In this document: positions 15,644-22,206 of the stretch, piece by piece
Layout of the letters: each line of letters starts with the position of its first letter
Numbering within the stretch: the stretch's first letter is position 1
From: an uncultured Deferribacteres bacterium
GTDB lineage: Bacteria > Zhuqueibacterota > Zhuqueibacteria > Zhuqueibacterales > Geothermadaptataceae
Direction: 5' to 3'
Assembly (NCBI GenBank): GCA_964014485.1
Contig: CAXHAT010000136.1
Span: 1-22,206, forward strand
DNA length: 22,206 nucleotides
Program-made: the position numbers and the translations under genes
Notes under the pieces: generated by a model
The model's input: the letters and a program-made list of their open reading frames with translations, nothing else
The model's database searches: none
What the model was told of the DNA's origin: nothing

Positions 15644-18600
15644 TTATTTGATAATCGCGAACTTGCCGATGTACGAGCCAAGCTCGCCGGCGTCAACATG
15701 GTAAATATAAAGCCCGGGCGCGACGTCGAGATTGTCTTTGGTGCGCAGGTTCCACGGGACGATTCCGTCGTGAGAACCGTCGTGCCGGAGGGTTTGCACA
15801 AGCTCGCCGCGCGCGGTAAAAATGCGGATCGAGCAGTTTGCCGGCAGCGCTCGAAATTCAAGCCGCCGCTCGCCGCGTCCGGAAACCGCGAAACGCTCCG
15901 CTTCAAAACTCGCCGAGCCGACGTAGGGATTCGGCACGACGTAGGGTTCCGTGAATTCCTCCGCTTCTTTTTGCGCGTCGATAAATTCCGCCGAAGAGGA
16001 AAATGAAAAAACGTCCTGTTCGCCCAAGGGCACGGCGGTGACGAGTTCATAAACATCGCCCTCGCCCGGCGGCGTGACGCTCTCCAAATCCACGCCGGCG
16101 GTATCGATTTCAAACCGCCAGGTGACTTGCGGACGCGTCGGGTTTTCCGGGTGGTAGGTAATCACGTCGATGAATTCTTCCGGGTAGGGCTTGCTCAAGG
16201 TGCCGTTTTGGTCGATGTCGCGAAAACGGAATTTCAGGCGCAAATCGCCGTCTTCCGTGTGCGCCAAGACGCGGAAATTCGCCGGGCGGGCGGGCAGACC
16301 AATCGCCGGAAGCGAAGTGTCCTGCGGCGAATCGCTGAAGGTAATCGTGATCGGATCGGGGAATCCGGGGCGGCGAAAATTGATCGGCAGCAAGTATTGG
16401 TAAGAAGCCAGCAAGCGGGCGTTCGTGCCGCTCGAAGCGGTGAAGCCGCTCAGCGTTTCGTCAACCGTCACCGTCTTGGGCGTGGAAACAATCGGCATCA
16501 GCCCGGCGGCGACCTGCCCGATTCCGCGCCCGTCCAAATCATAGCCGTTGGTGAACATAACCTCGCCAGTGGTTGCGTCGATCATGTCGTAAAACGCCGC
16601 CCGCAAACTGTCGGGGGAAGTGGTTTTGAACCGGATTTCGAAGGTGTGGTTGTCGGGCACGATGCTCGAATTGACGACGCGCACTTCAACGTCGCCGACG
16701 CCGGGTCCTTCAACGTGCGTCGCGGCGGAAACTTCGGCGGGCACAAATCCCGGCGCCTTCGGATTCGGACGGACGGCGACGACGTTTTTCGGCAAAATCG
16801 TACCGCCGCGCGGCGTGCGGGAAACGGCAATGGCGTTTTCCGAGGGATAGAATTCCAAAGAATCCGAGCCGTGATCATAACTCGTCACGGCGTAGTAATA
16901 AAGCTGCCCGTTCGTGACGGTACTGTCGGTGAAAGTGTGCTGAATCCCGTTGTCCTCGCCGAGATAATAAGCAACGCCTTCAACGGTGATGTTCGAAAAT
17001 CCTTTCCTGCCGTTTTCAAGGTCAAATTGCGCAATTGGCTTGCCGTTGCCGATCGGGCCGGTGCCGCGCCCGGTGGTGATCACGCGCGGGTCGCGAAATT
17101 CAGGATCGGTGGCGCGGTAGATGCGATAGCCTTCAAAGTCGTTGAGCAGAGTGACGGGGTCGGAGCCGCGTTCCGCAATGTCGTCCCAGGAAAGCCGCAC
17201 GTAGCCGTCGCCGGTCTCTGCGGTCAGGGTCGGCAGATCGGGCGGGACGGCGAATTGGTAATTGGCGTTGTAAATACGCTGAACGACTTTGACCGTATTT
17301 TCAAGCTCGTTCAGATCGGCGCCATAGGCAAGGGCAAGGCTGAAACGCTCGGTTTTTCCGGCGGCCAAAGTAAACGGGCCGGAAGCGAATAAAAAACCGA
17401 TGTTGTAGTTGAGCGCCTCGGGCAAATCGAAGCGCTGCGATGGAATCGGGTTGGTGAACTGGTCATAAAGCCGCTGCGGCCAACTGTTGCCGTTATCGAA
17501 AAAAACGATGTTGTCAACTTCAGTGTTCGGATTGCCTTTTCCCGCGCGGATGCGATTCAATTTGAAGCCGGTGAGGCCGATTTGGTCGGACTCGTGCAAA
17601 TCCGTGCGGTCAAAATTCGTTTCGCCGTCCGTGGGAACGCCGTCTTCTTCTCCGGCGTCGCCAGTCCCAAAAACGCCGTCGGCGCCGGTGTCATGCAACT
17701 GCGGAACCCAATCCAAATCTTCGTCGCCGGTCCACCATTCGCCAAATCGAAAAGCAGGCCTGCCTTCCAGCGGGCCGTATTCGCGCTCAAAGCTGGGCAA
17801 ATTATAGTTTGCCATCACATAAGCGCGGATCGCTTCCTGTCCGACGATCAATTCTCCGGGGCCGCCGTCGCGCAATTCATTCAGGACGCCGTCGTCGTCG
17901 TTGTCGAGAACATCGAGAGAATTGCCGGGCGTTTCGAGATAAGCGTAGCCGAGGTAGCCGGTCGTTGCGCAATTGCTGCTCAAATCGACGCCGTGGCCGA
18001 ATTTGTCCCAGGTGTAAACCAGGTTCAAACCGGAGGAATTGTCGTAAAAAGCGTTGTCATCGTCAGACTCGGCGATGCCGTCGCAGGAGAGCGCCGAACC
18101 GCCCACGCCAGAGTCAAAATAGAGGCCGAAAACGATATTGTCATTGTAATCGGTCGTGCCCTCGTTCGTGATGTCGTAATGCCAGAAAATCACATTGCTG
18201 GCCTGCGGATTGGCCCATTGAAAACCGCGAACTTCGATGCGCAGACCGAGACCGCGCCGGGTGGAATCGCGGCTGTCGGGGTAGAAATCCCATGCGTCGT
18301 AAAAATCGTCGTCCATCACGGTGTAGCTTTCCTGGTCGGCGTTGGCGCGTTTGCCAAAATAGCCGTTCCAGCTTCCGCCCCAGCCCGGATCATCCAGATC
18401 GTTTTCCTTGTCCGGCCAGTAATCCGGCCACGTGCGCGGATCGTAGCTCACCGCCGGGGAGCGGCCCTGGTTTATTGCCGGATCGGCTTGAAAGAATCCG
18501 GGGCGCGGTTCAAAGCGCATGATTCGATTGCGGCGGGGGCTGCGCTGCTGGCGTTCGCGATAGCCGGTTTCCATGATGTACGCCGGATTGCCGTTGCCTT

Positions 18601-18901
18601 GAATGACGCGCGCCAGCACGAACGGCGTGACGCCGTCGCTATAGTTGAGACCGCTGCCTTTCGGCACCTCAACGGAATGAAAAACGCTGAGATCAACCGT
18701 CAGCGGGTTTGGCGGGTAGCCGCCGACCATGCCGTAATTGTGAAATTGCGTACGGATGTTCGCCGCGTCATGAAAACCGATGCGTTCCGCGTCCACCCGG
18801 CCCCGCATTTCCGGCGGCACGACCGGCTGCAACTGCGCCTGCGCTTGCGCCGCGACGCAGAAAACAAGTAGCAAAAGTATGCGTGATTTCAAGCGCTGCA
18901 T
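15644..18901 (-). CDS. Large secreted/surface protein of unknown function with acidic Ca-binding-like loops, an FN3-like domain and a T9SS-like C-terminal domain
   Basis: 1085 aa with AGGAG RBS and signal peptide. It contains DNDDDG and DTGADGVFGTGDAGEEDG acidic motifs, FN3-like VRLSWDD...FEGYRIYR...YYYAVTSYD, and the tail VVPNPY...IRIFTARGELVQTL...WNLRTKDNLDVAPGLYIYHV...GKFAIIK. Confidence 0.8.
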   Translation of the reverse strand: MQRLKSRILLLLVFCVAAQAQAQLQPVVPPEMRGRVDAERIGFHDAANIRTQFHNYGMVGGYPPNPLTVDLSVFHSVEVPKGSGLNYSDGVTPFVLARVIQGNGNPAYIMETGYRERQQRSPRRNRIMRFEPRPGFFQADPAINQGRSPAVSYDPRTWPDYWPDKENDLDDPGWGGSWNGYFGKRANADQESYTVMDDDFYDAWDFYPDSRDSTRRGLGLRIEVRGFQWANPQASNVIFWHYDITNEGTTDYNDNIVFGLYFDSGVGGSALSCDGIAESDDDNAFYDNSSGLNLVYTWDKFGHGVDLSSNCATTGYLGYAYLETPGNSLDVLDNDDDGVLNELRDGGPGELIVGQEAIRAYVMANYNLPSFEREYGPLEGRPAFRFGEWWTGDEDLDWVPQLHDTGADGVFGTGDAGEEDGVPTDGETNFDRTDLHESDQIGLTGFKLNRIRAGKGNPNTEVDNIVFFDNGNSWPQRLYDQFTNPIPSQRFDLPEALNYNIGFLFASGPFTLAAGKTERFSLALAYGADLNELENTVKVVQRIYNANYQFAVPPDLPTLTAETGDGYVRLSWDDIAERGSDPVTLLNDFEGYRIYRATDPEFRDPRVITTGRGTGPIGNGKPIAQFDLENGRKGFSNITVEGVAYYLGEDNGIQHTFTDSTVTNGQLYYYAVTSYDHGSDSLEFYPSENAIAVSRTPRGGTILPKNVVAVRPNPKAPGFVPAEVSAATHVEGPGVGDVEVRVVNSSIVPDNHTFEIRFKTTSPDSLRAAFYDMIDATTGEVMFTNGYDLDGRGIGQVAAGLMPIVSTPKTVTVDETLSGFTASSGTNARLLASYQYLLPINFRRPGFPDPITITFSDSPQDTSLPAIGLPARPANFRVLAHTEDGDLRLKFRFRDIDQNGTLSKPYPEEFIDVITYHPENPTRPQVTWRFEIDTAGVDLESVTPPGEGDVYELVTAVPLGEQDVFSFSSSAEFIDAQKEAEEFTEPYVVPNPYVGSASFEAERFAVSGRGERRLEFRALPANCSIRIFTARGELVQTLRHDGSHDGIVPWNLRTKDNLDVAPGLYIYHVDAGELGSYIGKFAIIK

Positions 18902-18972
18902 GTTGAAACACTCCTGGTAAATTCAGTTGTTTCGTTCTTTATGAAACAGAAAAATTTCGCTGTCATTAGCCG

Positions 18973-19262
18973 CGCGCTTCAGGATGCTGTTGGCGAATTC
19001 ACTTTCGAGAGTCGATTTTGACAATTCACTCAGCCCCAACGGGGCGAAACGGAATAGCGAAGGGCAACGCCCTGGAAAAGCGAGACCCAAGACTATTTCT
19101 TAGCCCTGAAAGGGCGTAACAGTTTGGCCTGCTTGACTTTATGTCGCCCTTACAGGGCTTGATAATGATGACAATGTTCAATGTTTCCAGGGCTTCGCCC
19201 TTCGCTGTTACATTTGACCCCGTTGGGGTCTTTTGAATTCGCCAACAGTATCCTTCAGCGCG
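18973..19262. mobile_element. MITE-like element with the same terminal inverted repeats as 11398-11576, carrying a GCCCT...AGGGC REP doublet (~290-nt nested palindrome)
   Basis: 18973-19000 cgcgcttcaggatgctgttggcgaattc versus the reverse complement of 19235-19262 (cgcgctgaaggatactgttggcgaattc). Inner inverted pairs lie at 19034-19044/19218-19228, 19055-19078/19184-19207 and 19102-19116/19145-19159. Confidence 0.65.
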
Positions 19263-19302
19263 TGGAAGATAGGCGCGTTCGCTTTCTTCCCTCCTGATAA
19301 AT

Positions 19303-21969
19303 TTAAAGCCCTGAGTTCAACGAAAAACCCAACTCAATCCGGCGCGGCGGGAAGTAGCGGTTCGGATTGGCCAGCGTGACTTGATCCGCGACCGGCGTGA
19401 GCGAGTAGTCCGGGCTGCCGGTGTTCGTAAAAACAAACCCGTTGACAAAACGCGTATCCAGCACGTTGAAAGCGCGGGCGAACAGGCTCATGTTCAAACC
19501 GGCGATTTCAAAGAACTTCTCCGCACGCAAATCGATCAGCAGGGACGCCGATTTGTTGCTTGAATTCCGCTCCAAGCCAGCCCCGAAGCCGCTGCCAATG
19601 GATGGCGTGTAAGGCTGACCGCCGTTGTACTTGATCACTGCGCTGATCGAAAAATCATCGTGTTCCTGCAAAGCAAACGTTGCGTTGAGCGTGTTGCGCT
19701 GATCCCAGTTGAGCGGAATTTGCTCCGGGCGCGGATCTTCTCCGGCGGCGGCGCGGGTGGCGGTTTCTCGCGGATCGCTGGAATTGCCGAGAGCGCGTTG
19801 CCAGGTGTAGTCGATCGTCGAACTAAACGGGCCGATCCGTCGCTGGTCAAAAGCCACCGTAAATCCGATGACATTGCCGAAATCGACGTTCGTCAGCCTC
19901 GCATATTCCGCCGCCGCGTAAGTCGACACAAACTCCACGCCGAGCAAATCGCGAATATCTTTGTAGAAAATGCTGAGGTCAAAACCGAGAAAGTCCGTGA
20001 CCGCGTGCTTGTAGCCAAATTCGTACTGCGTGGTGCGCTCCGGCTCGATGTCGGGATTTCCGAGCACGCCATAGCTGATCCCGCCCGCCTGCAATTCGTC
20101 GAGCACGTCATAATTTGCGTTGGAAAAAATAACGCCGAGCGCGGGCGTTTGGTAAAAATGGCCGTAAGCAAAAAAGACGGCCGCCCGGTCGGTGATGGGA
20201 TGAGAAATTCCCAAACGAGGCGCCAGTGATGATTTGGCAGTGGTTTCCTGTGGATGCGACTCCGGAGCGCCGGCAATGGCGTTGGCCGGATTCTGCAAAT
20301 CACTGGGAATCGTCGAACGCGCATCGAAATATTCGAATCGCACGCCCGCGCGAACGACCAAATCCTTGAATTCAATCTGATCCTGCGCATAGGCCGCCAG
20401 AGAAATCGGCTCATAATTTGATGACGGCGGGTAATCCGGCGGATCGTTTTCGTGGCGCGTCACGCCCGTGCCGCCAGTGCTGACGATGTAGCCGTCGGGC
20501 GTGCCGAAAGTGATGTCCGACAATTGGTATTCCACGCCGAATTTGGCCAAGTGCGAACGCGTCACTTGGCTGGTAACAGCGCCTTTCAGCACCAACGCGT
20601 CCGTGGTTTGAATAAACCGCCCGAGACTCACCCCTTGAACAACGGCGCCAATTTCGTAGTTCGGATCGCCAATCGGCGGTCCGGCTTCGTCATAGCGCGG
20701 GTCGTTAAAATCATCATAAACATAGTCTTGGTAATCAAAATAATTTTGGCGCAAACTCAAATTGTAGAATGTCTTGCTCGACAGCGTGTGCGTCACGTCA
20801 AGGCCGTGGACGATAGAAAAAGTCTTCTGCGTCGGCGCGCCGTCGGGGTTGAAGCGAAATCCAAAATCGTAACGTTTTGCGTCCACATCATTGAAAATCG
20901 CCTGATAGCTCAACTCAACGTTGTTCAGAGATTTATTGGTCAGCTTGGCGAGCCCCGACCATTCGCGATTGAAGCTCAAGGGCATGGTTTCGTCGTCCCC
21001 GCTCGGCGTGAAAATTTTTTGCTCGAAATCGGCGCGGTCAGTCGGGAGAAAGCGCCGCGTTGCGTAAACGTAGCCGTCATCGACAAATCGGCGGCCGTTG
21101 AGAATGAAGCTTGTTTTCGGCAAAAGAGCCGGGCCGCTCAGACTGAACTGGTAATTCTGTCGCGACAACGGTTTGAATTCGTCATCGACGGGGCGTTTGG
21201 CGTTGGAAAAAACAAAATCGCTGATAAACGCCTCCGCGTTCCACTGAAAGCGATCCGTGCCGCTCTTGAGCACGGCATTGACAACGCCGCTCATCGCCTG
21301 ACCGTACTCTGCGTCGAAAGTGCCGCTGATAACCTGAACTTCACGCAACAGCGAACGGTCGATTCGCAGGGTCGAACTGTTGTCGTAAGAATTGTTCACG
21401 GTCACGCCATTGATCTGGAACTGCACCTCGCCCAGCCTGCCGCCGCGAAAATGGCCGTCCACCACGCCCGCCTGCAAGTTGACGATGTCCTGCAATTCCT
21501 GCACGGGCAAAGCTTCGATTTCTTCTTCCGTGACGGTCGCTAGCGAGCTGGTCAGCATCGTTTCAACGACGGGGGATTCCGCGAAAATCGTCACGGCGGC
21601 GCCTTCGATAACGCTTTCTTCCATCGTCACGTTCTGCGTCGTGGTCTGGTCAGTTTTGATGAGAACGTTTTCGACGACAATCGTGGAGTAGCCGAGAAAA
21701 GTATAGCGCACGCTATAAACGCCGGGGGGAATGTTGATGATGTTGTAATATCCCTGCGCGTCGGAAGCGGAGCCGCGCTCCGTGCCCACGATGACGATGT
21801 TGGCGCCGGGGAGCGGCTCGTTGTTCGCGTCCAAAACCCGCCCGGAAAGCTTCCCGGTCGTTCCGGCGAACGTCTGCGCCGCCAATGTCGCGATTAGAAA
21901 AAACGCGAGCAGGAAAGATTTTGGAGATGTGATGGAATCAGATCGTAACCTTCTAATATTGCTGAACAT
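19303..21969 (-). CDS. TonB-dependent receptor with N-terminal carboxypeptidase-regulatory-like domain
   Basis: 888 aa with GGAGG RBS and a signal peptide ending AQTFA. It shows GKLSGRVLD...PLPGANIVIVGT (N-terminal extension), plug motifs HFRGGR and SGTFDAEYGQAMSGVVN, and barrel motifs APRLGISHP, GNPDIEPERTTQYEFG and C-terminal PRRIELGFSL. Confidence 0.92.
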   Translation of the reverse strand: MFSNIRRLRSDSITSPKSFLLAFFLIATLAAQTFAGTTGKLSGRVLDANNEPLPGANIVIVGTERGSASDAQGYYNIINIPPGVYSVRYTFLGYSTIVVENVLIKTDQTTTQNVTMEESVIEGAAVTIFAESPVVETMLTSSLATVTEEEIEALPVQELQDIVNLQAGVVDGHFRGGRLGEVQFQINGVTVNNSYDNSSTLRIDRSLLREVQVISGTFDAEYGQAMSGVVNAVLKSGTDRFQWNAEAFISDFVFSNAKRPVDDEFKPLSRQNYQFSLSGPALLPKTSFILNGRRFVDDGYVYATRRFLPTDRADFEQKIFTPSGDDETMPLSFNREWSGLAKLTNKSLNNVELSYQAIFNDVDAKRYDFGFRFNPDGAPTQKTFSIVHGLDVTHTLSSKTFYNLSLRQNYFDYQDYVYDDFNDPRYDEAGPPIGDPNYEIGAVVQGVSLGRFIQTTDALVLKGAVTSQVTRSHLAKFGVEYQLSDITFGTPDGYIVSTGGTGVTRHENDPPDYPPSSNYEPISLAAYAQDQIEFKDLVVRAGVRFEYFDARSTIPSDLQNPANAIAGAPESHPQETTAKSSLAPRLGISHPITDRAAVFFAYGHFYQTPALGVIFSNANYDVLDELQAGGISYGVLGNPDIEPERTTQYEFGYKHAVTDFLGFDLSIFYKDIRDLLGVEFVSTYAAAEYARLTNVDFGNVIGFTVAFDQRRIGPFSSTIDYTWQRALGNSSDPRETATRAAAGEDPRPEQIPLNWDQRNTLNATFALQEHDDFSISAVIKYNGGQPYTPSIGSGFGAGLERNSSNKSASLLIDLRAEKFFEIAGLNMSLFARAFNVLDTRFVNGFVFTNTGSPDYSLTPVADQVTLANPNRYFPPRRIELGFSLNSGL

Positions 21970-22206
21970 GTGTGGCCTCCATGATCAAGCTCAGAATATG
22001 GATAACCGAGGTGCTGGCGGGACTTGCTCAAAACGTAAAATGCACTCATACAAGTCGATGTTTTTTCTGGATTCTCGCTTTCTCGCGGAACGGACGAAAG
22101 CATCGCGACGCTTCAGCAATTTTCCTTGCATCATTTATTAGACAATATCCGCAAATTCTCCGAAAACAAAGAAAATTTCAAGACAAAATAATGGCAGTCA
22201 AAATTA

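Noticed and set aside
16127..18871. Long plus-strand ORFs (16127-17392, 421 aa; 17582-18871, 429 aa)
   Set aside because: They are antisense shadows of the 1085-aa gene with no recognisable motifs, as expected from GC-rich codon bias.
18973..19262. Possible CRISPR array or structured ncRNA/riboswitch
   Set aside because: The units are inverted rather than direct, with no regular spacers and no cas genes. One arm recurs at 14469-14558, which fits a dispersed REP-like repeat.
19303..19330. TBDR ends in ...GFSLNSGL rather than a terminal Phe; possible frameshift
   Set aside because: The final beta-strand (RIELGFSL) is intact and a short extension is not evidence of a pseudogene.
1449..21543. 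Other long antisense or alternate-frame ORFs (1449-2426, 11743-12888, 12895-13782, 13092-13838, 20452-21543, etc.)
   Set aside because: They fully overlap motif-supported genes and show no domain signatures.
21970..22206. Promoter or LacI-type operator upstream of the TBDR
   Set aside because: The region is AT-rich, but I found no convincing -35/-10 pair at correct spacing and no clear operator palindrome.

Overview
All nine well-supported genes in this 22.2 kb window are on the minus strand. The right-hand ~14 kb (7767-21969) looks like a polysaccharide-utilisation-like operon with no SusD. Its order is: TonB-dependent receptor, a 1085-aa secreted protein with a T9SS-like C-terminal sorting domain, a PorV/PorQ-like beta-barrel, a GH94 phosphorylase (Cgs/NdvB-like motifs), a GH144 lipoprotein, a secreted GH144 with a FlgD/T9SS-type tail, then an intrinsic terminator. 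The enzyme set points to beta-1,2-glucan. Downstream lie a secreted ThuA-HEAT-beta-sandwich protein, a stand-alone class III nucleotide cyclase with guanylate-cyclase-type residues, and an NLR-like STAND NTPase-TPR protein with an unrecognised helical N-terminus. Most larger intergenic gaps hold nested palindromic or periodic repeats: REP doublets, a MITE-like inverted-repeat shell seen twice with different cargo, and inverted ~200-bp copies flanking the GH94 gene. The gene content suggests an FCB-group bacterium outside classical Bacteroidia (e.g. KSB1/Calditrichota-like), which is inference only. No rRNA, tRNA, CRISPR array or transposase was seen. All family calls come from motif recognition by eye, not database searches.
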